A stretch of DNA of 64,000 bases, taken from assembly GCA_964571235.1 (NCBI GenBank), contig CAZNAI010000002.1, forward strand, positions 2,837 to 66,836, in the 5' to 3' direction. Source of the stretch: an uncultured Ignavibacteriales bacterium. GTDB lineage: Bacteria > Zixibacteria > MSB-5A5 > GN15 > FEB-12. Of this stretch, positions 45,079 to 55,193 are shown one piece after another. Position 1 is the first letter of the stretch, and every line of letters begins with the position of its first letter. Made by a program: the position numbers and the translations under genes. Below the pieces are notes generated by a model that had not been told where the DNA came from, searched no databases, and worked only from the letters and a program-made list of their open reading frames with translations.

Positions 45079-47370
45079 ATGTTAGCGCCTAAACCAAAGC
45101 GGATTTATGATCTTGCGAAGGACTTCAAAGTCTCGTCGCAGGCGCTTGTCAATATGCTGGTTGATCTTGGGTACAATCCCAAATCACATATGTCGCTGGC
45201 CACGGCCGAAATGGTCGCGGCGATCAACATGAAGCTGGCGCAGGAAAAGCAGGTCGCACGCAAGGAGATGGAGCAAAAACAGCAGGCGACGCAACAGCGG
45301 CGTCCGCAGTTCACACCGTCGAGTTCACCCCGCCCGGCGACCTCTGCACCGGCCGCGTCCCCCTCGGGTGGACGGAATACCGTTCTGGATGCCAGCCGTT
45401 TTGCCACCGGAAATACCTCACCGCTCAGCACCCTTGCCAAGCGGCTTGAGAAAAAGAAAAAGAAACGGGATCGCAAGAAACGCAAAGATCACACCGATTT
45501 CGATCAGAGTGAGATTCAGCGCAGTATCAAAACGACGATGGCCAATCTTGCCGGAGGCGCCAAGCCCAAAAAGAGAATCCGAGAGAGAGGCGCGGCGTCG
45601 GACTCGCCCACTACAGCGACGAAGTCAATTGAAGTAAACGAGTTTATGTCGGTTGCCGAGTTGAGCAAGCTCGTGGGCAAAAAGCCGGTAGAGCTGGTTG
45701 CGAAGCTTCTTGAGTTTGGTGTACTGGCGACGATCAACCAGCGCCTTGACATGGATACGATTCAGACCGTGGCCGCTGAGTTTGGCTTTGATGCGCAGGA
45801 AACAGCGGAAATCGGTGAGGCGTCGAAGGAAGAAGAATCGGCCGAAGCGCTGACGAAGCGGGCTCCGGTGGTTACGGTGATGGGGCATGTTGACCACGGA
45901 AAAACATCGCTGTTGGACTATGTCCGCAAGACGAACGTAGTGGCCGGCGAAGCGGGCGCAATCACCCAGCACATCGGCGCTTATCTGGTCATGCACAACA
46001 AAGAGCGAATTGTGTTTCTTGATACACCCGGTCACGAGGCTTTCACGGCAATGCGTGCGCGTGGCGCCCAGATTACCGACATCGTTATCTTAGTGGTGGC
46101 GGCCGATGAAGGGGTCATGCCGCAGACGGTCGAGGCAATCGACCACGCTCGAGCCGCAAATGTTCCGATAGTTGTCGCCATGTCGAAAATCGACAAGCCG
46201 AGTGCGCGTCCTGATGAAATTCGGGCCCAACTGAGCAAATATAATTTGCTGGGTGAAGATTGGGGCGGGAAGACAATCATAGTCGAAATTTCCGCCAAGT
46301 CTGGTCTTGGTGTGGACAAACTCATGGACATGGTTTTGTTGCAGGCCGAGATGCTTGACTTGAAAGCCGACCCTGATATACGCGCTCAAGGTATAGTGGT
46401 TGACGCGCGACTGGAGAAGGGTCGCGGCCCGGTGGCTACTGTTCTTATTCAGAGGGGTACCTGCAAGAAAGGCGACACGATTGTCGCCGGAATGCACATG
46501 GGACGGATTCGAACCATACACAATGACCGGGACGTTCTCATGGAAGTCATAGGCCCGTCGACTCCGGCGCAGATCACGGGACTTGACGGCGTTCCCAGCG
46601 CCGGTGATTCGTTCATGGTGGTCCGCGACGAACAGGAAGCGCGCGAGATTACGGTTAAGAGGAGCGCGGTCAAACGTGAGCATGAATACCGCCGTCCGAT
46701 GACCGCTGTGACCCTCGACAAAGTGTACGATCAGATTCAGGAAGGACAAATCAAGGAAGTCCGCCTGGTCATCAAGGGAGATGTCGACGGTTCAGTTGAA
46801 GTGCTTTCTGACACGCTGGGTAAGATTTCGACCTCGGAAGTCAAGACGAACATCATACGAAGTGGTGTCGGGCCGATTACCGAGTCTGACGTTTTGCTCG
46901 CGGCGGCATCCAACGCGATTATCATCGGATTCCAGGTGACACCGGACAGCCGCGCCCGCGAGGTAGCGAGGCGAGAGAAAGTTGATGTCCGCCAATACAG
47001 CATTATTTATGAAGCCGAGAATGACGTACGCAAAGCGCTTGAGGGACTTTTGGCCCCGACTGTTGAAGAGAAGTTTGTTGGGACGGCCGAAGTTCGTGAG
47101 TTATTCCGAGTGCCGAAAGCCGGTGTGATTGCCGGTTGTCATGTCAAGGAAGGGCGAATCAACCGCAAGGACAAAGTACGGCTTGTGCGCGACGGAAAAG
47201 TTATCTATTCCGGCACAATCGGTTCGCTTCGCCGCTTTAAGGACGATGCCCGCGAGGTCAAAGAGGGGTTTGAGTGCGGCATCGGAATCGAAAACTATAA
47301 CGACCTGAAGGTTGGCGATCTGATCGAGGCGATTGAAGTGGTCGAGATTGCCCGGACATTAACCACCTGA
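45079..47370 (+). CDS. infB: translation initiation factor IF-2
   Basis: G domain GHVDHGKTSLLD, DTPGHEAF and SKID. The N-terminal linker is K/R-rich. SD gggagg lies upstream. Confidence 0.97.
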   Translation: MLAPKPKRIYDLAKDFKVSSQALVNMLVDLGYNPKSHMSLATAEMVAAINMKLAQEKQVARKEMEQKQQATQQRRPQFTPSSSPRPATSAPAASPSGGRNTVLDASRFATGNTSPLSTLAKRLEKKKKKRDRKKRKDHTDFDQSEIQRSIKTTMANLAGGAKPKKRIRERGAASDSPTTATKSIEVNEFMSVAELSKLVGKKPVELVAKLLEFGVLATINQRLDMDTIQTVAAEFGFDAQETAEIGEASKEEESAEALTKRAPVVTVMGHVDHGKTSLLDYVRKTNVVAGEAGAITQHIGAYLVMHNKERIVFLDTPGHEAFTAMRARGAQITDIVILVVAADEGVMPQTVEAIDHARAANVPIVVAMSKIDKPSARPDEIRAQLSKYNLLGEDWGGKTIIVEISAKSGLGVDKLMDMVLLQAEMLDLKADPDIRAQGIVVDARLEKGRGPVATVLIQRGTCKKGDTIVAGMHMGRIRTIHNDRDVLMEVIGPSTPAQITGLDGVPSAGDSFMVVRDEQEAREITVKRSAVKREHEYRRPMTAVTLDKVYDQIQEGQIKEVRLVIKGDVDGSVEVLSDTLGKISTSEVKTNIIRSGVGPITESDVLLAAASNAIIIGFQVTPDSRAREVARREKVDVRQYSIIYEAENDVRKALEGLLAPTVEEKFVGTAEVRELFRVPKAGVIAGCHVKEGRINRKDKVRLVRDGKVIYSGTIGSLRRFKDDAREVKEGFECGIGIENYNDLKVGDLIEAIEVVEIARTLTT

Positions 47371-47426
47371 GAGCGGAGATGCCTGACATTGTCACAGGGG
47401 TAATGTACGATTGTCAGATTAGCCAG

Positions 47427-47783
47427 ATGAAGCAATACAAACGATCCGACCGACTGAGCGAACAAATCCTGCGCGATATCTCCGTACTGCTGGAGCAGCA
47501 GATCGGCGAGTTGCACGCCGGTTTGGTAACGTTTACACGCGTCAAGCTCAGTGATGATCTCAAATACGCGACAGTGTACTATTCATCGCTGGGAAATGAC
47601 AATCAAAGAGAGATAGTGGCGAGATACCTTGAGACGGAGAAAAAGCGAATCCGCAAGGAGGTCGGCCACGGACTTTCGATGAGATACATTCCGGAATTTG
47701 CGTTCAAATTCGATCCGTCGATTGAGAATTCGGTGCGTATCGAGCAATTGTTGAATGAAATCAAAGATACCACAAGCGAGTGA
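47427..47783 (+). CDS. rbfA: ribosome-binding factor A
   Basis: RSDRLSEQILRDIS...VTFTRVKLSDDLKYATVYYS is the typical RbfA N-terminus. The track ORF starts at 47379. Confidence 0.9.
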   Translation: MKQYKRSDRLSEQILRDISVLLEQQIGELHAGLVTFTRVKLSDDLKYATVYYSSLGNDNQREIVARYLETEKKRIRKEVGHGLSMRYIPEFAFKFDPSIENSVRIEQLLNEIKDTTSE

Positions 47784-47811
47784 ATCACATACCGAGTATC
47801 GGCGCCGCTCG

Positions 47812-48780
47812 ATGGCCGAGATTCGCTCGGCGGTAGAGTCGGCAAAGTCGATTCTGGTGGTTTCGCATCTTGATCCCGATGGCGACGCTCTGGGGACGCA
47901 ACTGGCGTTCGGCCAGTATCTGCGTGACCTTGGCAAGAAAGTCCACTTGTTGCGCGACTCAGCTATTCCGGACAAGTATCAATTTCTGCCTGATATAGAC
48001 CAGATTGTAACCGCCGACTCAGTGTCGGGGAAACTGCATATCGATACGGCTGTCGTGTTGGAGTGTCCGTCACCGGAGCGCATGGGAACGGCCAGGAATT
48101 TTCTGACTGATAGTGTGACGGTAGTCAATATCGATCATCATCGCGACGCTGACGAATTCGGCGCGGTAAATTGGATAGACGTGACAGCATCGTCGGTCGG
48201 TGAAATGGTTGCTGATTACTTTTCCGAAGTCGGGTATCGCCCGGGCCGGGAAGTTGCGACACAACTCTATACTGCGATACTGACCGATACGGGCCGTTTC
48301 CGCTATCAATCGACATCGGCTCACACACTTCGAGTTGCGGCCGATTTGATCGAGTTCGGCGCGGATCCGCGGTCGATTTGCGATCAAGTCTACTTCAGTT
48401 TACGCCCGACAACGATTAAGTTGATCGGTAAAGTGCTTAATCATGTCGAGTTTCATGAGTTCGGGCGAATCTGTCTGCTTAGCCTGACCAGAGATATGTT
48501 TAGTGCGGCCGGCGCCGAGGAGTACGAATCAGACGGCATTGTCGATTACACGATGTTTAACAAAGGCGTCATTGTAGGTGTGCTCGTAAAAGAGACCGCC
48601 AATGGTTCGGTAAAGCTCTCGCTTAGGTCATCTGATGGCGTCAATGTAGCCGCAATTGCGGCTGAATTTGGCGGCGGAGGGCACTTTAATGCCGCCGGAT
48701 GCACTATCGCCGGCACTATTTCACAGGCGCGAGTGACCATTCTCGGCCGTTTATCGGAGGCACTCAATGAGCGCCGTTGA
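47812..48780 (+). CDS. DHH-family phosphoesterase (NrnA-like oligoribonuclease/pAp phosphatase)
   Basis: VVSHLDPDGDALGT, NIDHH, DTGRFRY and the DHHA1 motif GGGGH. An alternative start lies at 47755. Confidence 0.8.
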   Translation: MAEIRSAVESAKSILVVSHLDPDGDALGTQLAFGQYLRDLGKKVHLLRDSAIPDKYQFLPDIDQIVTADSVSGKLHIDTAVVLECPSPERMGTARNFLTDSVTVVNIDHHRDADEFGAVNWIDVTASSVGEMVADYFSEVGYRPGREVATQLYTAILTDTGRFRYQSTSAHTLRVAADLIEFGADPRSICDQVYFSLRPTTIKLIGKVLNHVEFHEFGRICLLSLTRDMFSAAGAEEYESDGIVDYTMFNKGVIVGVLVKETANGSVKLSLRSSDGVNVAAIAAEFGGGGHFNAAGCTIAGTISQARVTILGRLSEALNERR

Positions 48781-49714
48781 TAGATGGCACGGGCTGTTGC
48801 CGATTGATAAGCCGGCTGGGATGACCAGCCATGATGTTGTTTCAGAGGTTCGTCGAATTATTGGGCAACGGGGAGTGGGACACACCGGGACACTTGATCC
48901 TCGCGCGACTGGACTATTGATCCTCTGCCTGGGACGAGCCACCAAGGTGGCGCAATTTGTCAGCGCCTGTTCCAAGTCGTATACCGCTGACATTTTTCTG
49001 GGGCGTTCGACCTCAACGTATGATGCTGAAGGACTCGATGAATCACTGCCGCTGGCACATCCGCCGGATATGACCAGTGAAGAGATGGCTGAGTTATTGC
49101 AGGAGTATGTCGGCCATATTCGCCAACAGGTCCCGGCCTATTCGGCGATTAAGGTGCAGGGGAGGCCGCTCTACGAGGCGGCACGGCGCGGAGAGGATAT
49201 CGAGACTCCTGAGCGCGATGTGGTCGTCAACTCTTTGAACATGATTTCTTTTGAACCGCCGAACTTGAAGATTGAATTGAATTGCTCCAAGGGAACGTAT
49301 GTGAGGTCGCTGGCCCACGATATAGGCCGCAAATTGGGGTGTGGTGGGTATCTGGCGGAACTTCGCAGAACCGAAGTCGGTGGCGTAACAATAGACCGGG
49401 CGATCAAACTGGACGATCTGCAGAAAACAGCACGCGAGAGTAAATTGGATACGGTGATTCTTTCGGTTGAGCAGATGCTCAACTTCGCGTCGCTGAAAGT
49501 CACCGATACTTTCAGCCGGAAAGTCATCAATGGCCGGCCTTTGCGACCGGTTGATCTCGTGGAAGTTGTGGGAGATTTTTCGGCGGGCGATCATGTGGTG
49601 TTGAAAAATACCGCCGGACAAATTCTGGCGATTGGTACCGCAGGAGTGGATGCCGACGCGATTGGGCAGACTCAGGGAAAAGCGCTATTTAACTATGTGA
49701 GGGTGCTCAATTGA
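48767..49714 (+). CDS. truB: tRNA pseudouridine(55) synthase
   Basis: KPAGMTSHDVV, GHTGTLDPRATGLL and a C-terminal PUA-like region. Confidence 0.95.
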   Translation: MSAVDRWHGLLPIDKPAGMTSHDVVSEVRRIIGQRGVGHTGTLDPRATGLLILCLGRATKVAQFVSACSKSYTADIFLGRSTSTYDAEGLDESLPLAHPPDMTSEEMAELLQEYVGHIRQQVPAYSAIKVQGRPLYEAARRGEDIETPERDVVVNSLNMISFEPPNLKIELNCSKGTYVRSLAHDIGRKLGCGGYLAELRRTEVGGVTIDRAIKLDDLQKTARESKLDTVILSVEQMLNFASLKVTDTFSRKVINGRPLRPVDLVEVVGDFSAGDHVVLKNTAGQILAIGTAGVDADAIGQTQGKALFNYVRVLN

Positions 49715-50664
49715 GTTTCGCCTTCTATCGCTCAATCGAGGCATTCGGTTCTGCTGGTGAAAGCGGCACAGTAGTGACAGTGGGAACATTTGATGGAATC
49801 CACCTGGGCCATCAGGCGATTTTGAAGAGTGCAGGAGATTTGGCCAAAGAAAGCGGCCTGCTACCCGTTATTGTGACATTTGATCCGCATCCTCGAGTTG
49901 TCGTAACCCCCGACAACTATCCTCTGATGTTGACGACACTCGATGAAAAAGAGCATTTCCTACCTCACTTTCATAAGGGGGCGGTAGTGGTGTTGAGATT
50001 CGATACAAAGCTGAAGAATCTCACCGCCGAAGAGTTTGTACGAACAATTTTGGTTGAGAAGCTGAATGTGAAGAAGCTGATAGTCGGCTACGACCATGCT
50101 TTTGGCCGTGACCGGAAAGGTGGAACCACGGAACTTCGGGCGTTGGGGAAGGAACTTCGCTTTTCTGTGACGGTAGCCGGGCCGGTACTACGAGAGGGGG
50201 AGCCGGTGTCATCGACCCGGATCCGTACGGCATTGCTTGAAAGCAGGCTCTCCGAGGCGACCGAGATGCTCGGGCATGATTATGCTATATTCGGAACGGT
50301 TGAGCGGGGAATAGGGCTTGGGAGAAAGCTCGGGTACCCGACCGCCAATGTTTGCTACGGCAAAGATAAGCTGTTGCCGTATCCGGGAGTCTATTCGTGC
50401 CGGGTGATGGTGGAAGACGAAGAATTCATGGGAATGATGTTTATCGGACACAATCATTTCAATGCCGCCAAAGCGGTGGCAGTGGAAGCCAACCTGTTTG
50501 ATTTTGATCGCGACATATATGATGCCGAGATACGGGTGGTCCCCACACACTTTGTGCGTGAAGGTCGGAAGTTTGCCTCGACCGGCGAATTGACCGCCCA
50601 GATGGCCTTAGACAAGCAACAAGTATTGAGAATAATATCCAAAGGAGAAAACGCATGGCAGTAA
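49711..50664 (+). CDS. ribF: bifunctional riboflavin kinase / FMN adenylyltransferase
   Basis: [19 protein letters not shown], and GYPTANV plus E..L.DF in the kinase half. Confidence 0.95.
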   Translation: MSFAFYRSIEAFGSAGESGTVVTVGTFDGIHLGHQAILKSAGDLAKESGLLPVIVTFDPHPRVVVTPDNYPLMLTTLDEKEHFLPHFHKGAVVVLRFDTKLKNLTAEEFVRTILVEKLNVKKLIVGYDHAFGRDRKGGTTELRALGKELRFSVTVAGPVLREGEPVSSTRIRTALLESRLSEATEMLGHDYAIFGTVERGIGLGRKLGYPTANVCYGKDKLLPYPGVYSCRVMVEDEEFMGMMFIGHNHFNAAKAVAVEANLFDFDRDIYDAEIRVVPTHFVREGRKFASTGELTAQMALDKQQVLRIISKGENAWQ

Positions 50665-50924
50665 CGAAAGAGAAGAAGGCGGGGCTTGTGCAGTCCTTCC
50701 GACTTCATGACAGCGACACCGGTTCGCCGGAAGTTCAGATCGCGCTGTTGACGGAACGAATCACCGATCTGACTAATCATTTGCACGACCACCCGAAAGA
50801 CTTCCACAGCCGCTACGGCTTGTTGAAGCTGGTGGGACAGCGTCGACGACTGCTGGACTATCTGAAAGATCGCGACATTGAAGCCTATCGCGATATCGTC
50901 GAAAAACTTGGCTTGCGTCGGTAA
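50655..50924 (+). CDS. rpsO: 30S ribosomal protein S15
   Basis: 89 aa: [48 protein letters not shown]. Confidence 0.97.
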   Translation: MAVTKEKKAGLVQSFRLHDSDTGSPEVQIALLTERITDLTNHLHDHPKDFHSRYGLLKLVGQRRRLLDYLKDRDIEAYRDIVEKLGLRR

Positions 50925-50943
50925 CTTGTAACAGGAAAAGAAT

Positions 50944-53064
50944 ATGGTTCACAAAGTAGAATTTGAAATCGGTGGCAGAACAATGACCATCGAAACCGGT
51001 AAAATGGCCAAACAGGCCAACGGTGCGGTGACAGTTCGGTATGCCGATTCTATGGTCATATCAACCGTATGCGCCATGACAGAGCCCAAGATCGGGCAGG
51101 ACTTTTTCCCACTCACGGTCGAGTACCGTGAAAAGTCGTACGCGGCGGGAAAGATCCCGGGCGGATTTTTCAAGCGCGAAGGGCGTCCTTCCGAGAAAGA
51201 AATTCTCTCGGCTCGTATTATTGACCGTCCGATTCGGCCGCTCTTTCCGGAGGATTTCCGGGGCGAGACGCAGTGCATCACCTATGTCATATCGCACGAT
51301 CAGAAAAACGATACTGACATTATGGGACTGATCGGGACTTCGGCGTCGATTGCCGTTTCCGATATTCCAATCTCCAAGACAATCGCCGGCGTGCGTGTCG
51401 GACGAATTGACGGCCGTTTAGTTATCAATCCGGAGATTCCTTCGATGGAAGAGTGCGATCTTGCTATCACCATGGCCGGGTCAGCCGATTCGATCACGAT
51501 GGTCGAGGGTGGTGCTCAGGAAGTTTCCGAAGAAGAGCTGATTAAGGCGCTCCAGTTCGGGCACGATCACATCAAGCAGATTGTCGCCAAGATTGAAGAG
51601 TTGAAGGCGAAAGTTGGCAAGCCGAAATTCAAGTATACCCCGGTTGCGACCAACGCCGAACTGACCGCCAAAGTGAAGGAGATGGTTGGCGCGAAGTACT
51701 CCGAGTTTAATCGGATCGCCGACAAAGACACGCGCCGCGAGAAGAAGAAAGAATTCGAGAAGTCGATCAAAGAATCACTGGCCACCGAGTTCCCGGATCA
51801 GGGGAGCACGATCGGCAATGTGCTACATGACCTGGATTCCGACGCAATGCGCTCGATGATTCTCAATGAAGGGAAGCGCATAGACGGTCGGTCGGTCAAC
51901 GACGTTCGCGAAATCAGTTCCGAAGTCGGCGTTCTTCCGCGCGCTCATGGTTCGTCGCTCTTTACGCGCGGCCAGACCCAGGCGCTGGTGGCAGTGACGC
52001 TCGGGACCAAGATGGACGAGCAGAGACTAGATGAACTGGAAGGGGAATCGACCAAGAGCTATATGCTCCACTACAATTTCCCGCCGTTCTCGACCGGTGA
52101 AACCAAGATGATCCGCGGAACAAGCCGTCGCGAAATCGGACATGGCGCACTGGCTGAGCGGGCGCTGATTCCGGTGATTCCGAGCGAGGGTAGTTTCCCG
52201 TACACGGTGCGAGTTGTATCGGATGTTCTGGAGTCAAACGGGTCGTCGTCGATGGCTTCCGTCTGCGGCGCCTCGCTGGCGATGATGGACTGCGGCGTGC
52301 CGATCAAGACCGCCGTGGCTGGAATCGCGATGGGACTTATCAAGACCGACGATAAGGTCGCGATCCTGACTGATATCCTGGGTGATGAAGATCACTTCGG
52401 CGATATGGATTTCAAAGTGGCCGGTTCAACCACCGGAATCACGGCGATTCAGATGGATATCAAGATCACGGGACTCGATCTGGAGACGATGCGCCAGGCG
52501 CTGGACCGTGCGCGGGTCGCCCGTCTGCATATCCTTGAAAAGATGAACCAGACGATTTCGCGTCACCGCGATCAATTGTCTGAGTATGCGCCGCGCATTA
52601 TCACCATCAAGATCAACCCGGCCAAGATTGGCGAGTTGATCGGCCCCGGTGGCAAGATTATTCGCGCTATCTGCGAAGAGACCGGCGCGAAGATCGATAT
52701 CGACGATGACGGCACCGTGCTTATCGCGACGGTCGACGGCGATGCCGGTCGGGCCGCGCTTGCCAGAGTCGAAGCAATTGTCGCAGAACCGGAAATGGGC
52801 AAGGTGTACAACGGAATTGTCCGTAGAACCACCGACTTCGGCGCGTTTGTCGAAATCATGCCCGGCACCGATGGCCTGATTCATATCTCAGAGCTTGACT
52901 TAAACCGGGTCAAGCGGGTTGAAGACATCGTTCGGGTCGGTGACCGTGTTGACGTGAAAGTCATCAATATCGATCAGGATGGAAAAGTCCGGCTGTCGCG
53001 AAAAGCGCTCTTGACCGCGTCGGCCGCTGTTCCCGCCCACAACGGCGAGGAATCAAACAACTGA
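50944..53064 (+). CDS. pnp: polyribonucleotide nucleotidyltransferase (PNPase)
   Basis: Two RNase PH domains (FFKREGRPSE, SSSMASVCGASLA), then KH and S1 domains. 706 aa. Confidence 0.97.
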   Translation: MVHKVEFEIGGRTMTIETGKMAKQANGAVTVRYADSMVISTVCAMTEPKIGQDFFPLTVEYREKSYAAGKIPGGFFKREGRPSEKEILSARIIDRPIRPLFPEDFRGETQCITYVISHDQKNDTDIMGLIGTSASIAVSDIPISKTIAGVRVGRIDGRLVINPEIPSMEECDLAITMAGSADSITMVEGGAQEVSEEELIKALQFGHDHIKQIVAKIEELKAKVGKPKFKYTPVATNAELTAKVKEMVGAKYSEFNRIADKDTRREKKKEFEKSIKESLATEFPDQGSTIGNVLHDLDSDAMRSMILNEGKRIDGRSVNDVREISSEVGVLPRAHGSSLFTRGQTQALVAVTLGTKMDEQRLDELEGESTKSYMLHYNFPPFSTGETKMIRGTSRREIGHGALAERALIPVIPSEGSFPYTVRVVSDVLESNGSSSMASVCGASLAMMDCGVPIKTAVAGIAMGLIKTDDKVAILTDILGDEDHFGDMDFKVAGSTTGITAIQMDIKITGLDLETMRQALDRARVARLHILEKMNQTISRHRDQLSEYAPRIITIKINPAKIGELIGPGGKIIRAICEETGAKIDIDDDGTVLIATVDGDAGRAALARVEAIVAEPEMGKVYNGIVRRTTDFGAFVEIMPGTDGLIHISELDLNRVKRVEDIVRVGDRVDVKVINIDQDGKVRLSRKALLTASAAVPAHNGEESNN

Positions 53065-54344
53065 TGGAACGTCATCGGGTCGAATCCCCCTCCGGGGTAT
53101 TCGAAAAGACGACGCTCCCCAATGGCATCCGCGTAATCAGCGAACGGTTTCCCGCCGTTCGCTCGGTTTCGCTGGGTGTCTGGTTGGATGTTGGCTCCCG
53201 GTCGGAACCTGACAAACTGGCCGGGGTTTGCCACTTCATCGAGCATATGATCTTCAAGGGGACCAAGCGTCGCTCGGCACGCGAGTTGGCGTCGGCGCTT
53301 GAGTCGGTGGGGGGATCACTCAACGGATTTACAACGCGCGAACAAACCTGCTACACCGCACGAGTGACCGATGAATATCTGGCAGAGGCGATCGACGTTC
53401 TGGCGGATATGACCGGTCACGCCACGATGAAGCAATCGGATATGACCAAAGAAAAGCAGGTTATCAGCGAAGAGATCAAAGAATCGATTGATAATCCGTC
53501 GGATTTTATTCACGATCTTTTCCAGATGACCTATTGGGGGGACCATCCGCTGGGCCGCCCGATCATGGGGACGCAGAAGACTATTGGGGCTCTCAAGCGC
53601 TCTGACATGCTGAAGTTTGTCGCGGAACATTACCGGACTGGCAATGTGGTGGTGGCGGCGGCGGGAGCGGTATCGCACAGAGAATTGGTCAAGTTGGTCG
53701 AAAAGAAGTTCAAGTTCGCAGGCGGCAAAGCCCCTCAGCCGGACAAATTGATCACGCCTGCTAAGACGCGCTCGATTATTCAGACTAACGACAGCCGTCA
53801 GACGCATTTTTGCATGGGATATCCGGGAATCTGTTATGACACAGCCGACCGGATGACCGCGTTGGTGCTGTCGACTTATTTGGGCGGCGGGATGTCGTCG
53901 GTGCTTTTCCACCGAATCCGCGAAACGAGCGGGCTTGCATATACAGTCTTTACGTTTACCGACTTCTATCGGGATGGTGGTTTGTTTGGAGTGTATCTGG
54001 GGACCGACAGGAAACATCTTCGCCGTGCCTTTGACATAATCAGGTCCGAATGCGGTAAACTGAAGAAATCGAAAATATCCAACGCCGAAATCGACAAGAT
54101 CAAAGCTCAAATCCGCGGGCAAATTATCATGAGTATGGAATCCAGTTCCAATCGGATGAATCGAATCGCGCGCTTTGAGCTGATGATGGGGCGGTACCAG
54201 ACGTACAAAGAGTCATTGCGCGAAGTTGAGCGGGTAACGCCGGCGAAAGTGTGCGAGCTGGCCAACCGGCTGTTTGACAATTCGCAATTGGCTATTACAG
54301 TCTTGGGGCCATCAGAGCCCGGTGTATTTTCAGACGTAGTGTAG
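53064..54344 (+). CDS. M16-family (pitrilysin/insulinase-like) zinc peptidase
   Basis: HFIEH (the inverted HxxEH zinc motif) followed by FKGT. About 420 aa, in the typical position after pnp. Confidence 0.85.
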   Translation: MERHRVESPSGVFEKTTLPNGIRVISERFPAVRSVSLGVWLDVGSRSEPDKLAGVCHFIEHMIFKGTKRRSARELASALESVGGSLNGFTTREQTCYTARVTDEYLAEAIDVLADMTGHATMKQSDMTKEKQVISEEIKESIDNPSDFIHDLFQMTYWGDHPLGRPIMGTQKTIGALKRSDMLKFVAEHYRTGNVVVAAAGAVSHRELVKLVEKKFKFAGGKAPQPDKLITPAKTRSIIQTNDSRQTHFCMGYPGICYDTADRMTALVLSTYLGGGMSSVLFHRIRETSGLAYTVFTFTDFYRDGGLFGVYLGTDRKHLRRAFDIIRSECGKLKKSKISNAEIDKIKAQIRGQIIMSMESSSNRMNRIARFELMMGRYQTYKESLREVERVTPAKVCELANRLFDNSQLAITVLGPSEPGVFSDVV

Positions 54345-54358
54345 CAGTTCGTATCCAA

Positions 54359-55141
54359 ATGGTTGCGCATGCGCCGATCATTTTGGCCTTTCACAAAGTC
54401 CGGCGAGGGAGAGGCTGGGATCACACCAATATCCAGCCAAGTCGGCTAACGAGTATTTTGTCAGCATTAGATGGGCGTGGGTATAAATTCACGAGCCTGC
54501 AATCGATAGTTGCCACTCCCAATCCCAGGCAAATTGCACTAACATTCGACGACGGGTACGCGCATCTGGCCGAGACTCTCCTGCCAATCTGTGAGCAATT
54601 TCGCGCCAATCCGACACTATTCGTACCGGCTGGCCATATCGGGAAATCGAATCTTTGGGATTACACAAGTGGGGTCGCACCCGAAGAACATCTATCTGAA
54701 TCTCAAATTCGATCGCTCGCTGAAGCAGGATTTGAGATCGGCTCACACGGCTGGTCGCACAGGCCTTTGACGCAACTTACCACTGCTCGACTGGCTGAAG
54801 AATTAGGCAATTCAAAACAACTTCTTGAAGATATTACCGGTCGTCCGGTGCGGTCGATCAGTTATCCGTTTGGCAGACTCGATCAGCGGATGGTCCGACT
54901 GGCACGATCGGCAGGTTACACCACTGGAGTGACAACCAACTGGATTTCTGCCGGCGCGGACTGTCTTGCCCTCGGCAGAATCATCATCTATGGTTTTGAT
55001 ACGCCGTTTTCGGTACCACAGAAAATAGAGGGGAGACTGGCCTGGCTGGAAAAGCTCAAACAATCGATTGCGACCTCGCTTTCGGCCGGCACCGGTCTGT
55101 ACCAGAGGATCAGCGGACACGCTCGTGGCGACCGAATTTGA
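54359..55141 (+). CDS. polysaccharide deacetylase (NodB homology domain) family protein
   Basis: LTFDDGY, GSHGWSH and SYPFGR motifs. Confidence 0.8.
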   Translation: MVAHAPIILAFHKVRRGRGWDHTNIQPSRLTSILSALDGRGYKFTSLQSIVATPNPRQIALTFDDGYAHLAETLLPICEQFRANPTLFVPAGHIGKSNLWDYTSGVAPEEHLSESQIRSLAEAGFEIGSHGWSHRPLTQLTTARLAEELGNSKQLLEDITGRPVRSISYPFGRLDQRMVRLARSAGYTTGVTTNWISAGADCLALGRIIIYGFDTPFSVPQKIEGRLAWLEKLKQSIATSLSAGTGLYQRISGHARGDRI

Positions 55142-55193
55142 TTGCCGAGCCTTGAGAAAGTCGATAGATTTTCCGAATTGAACTTAAGGAAAG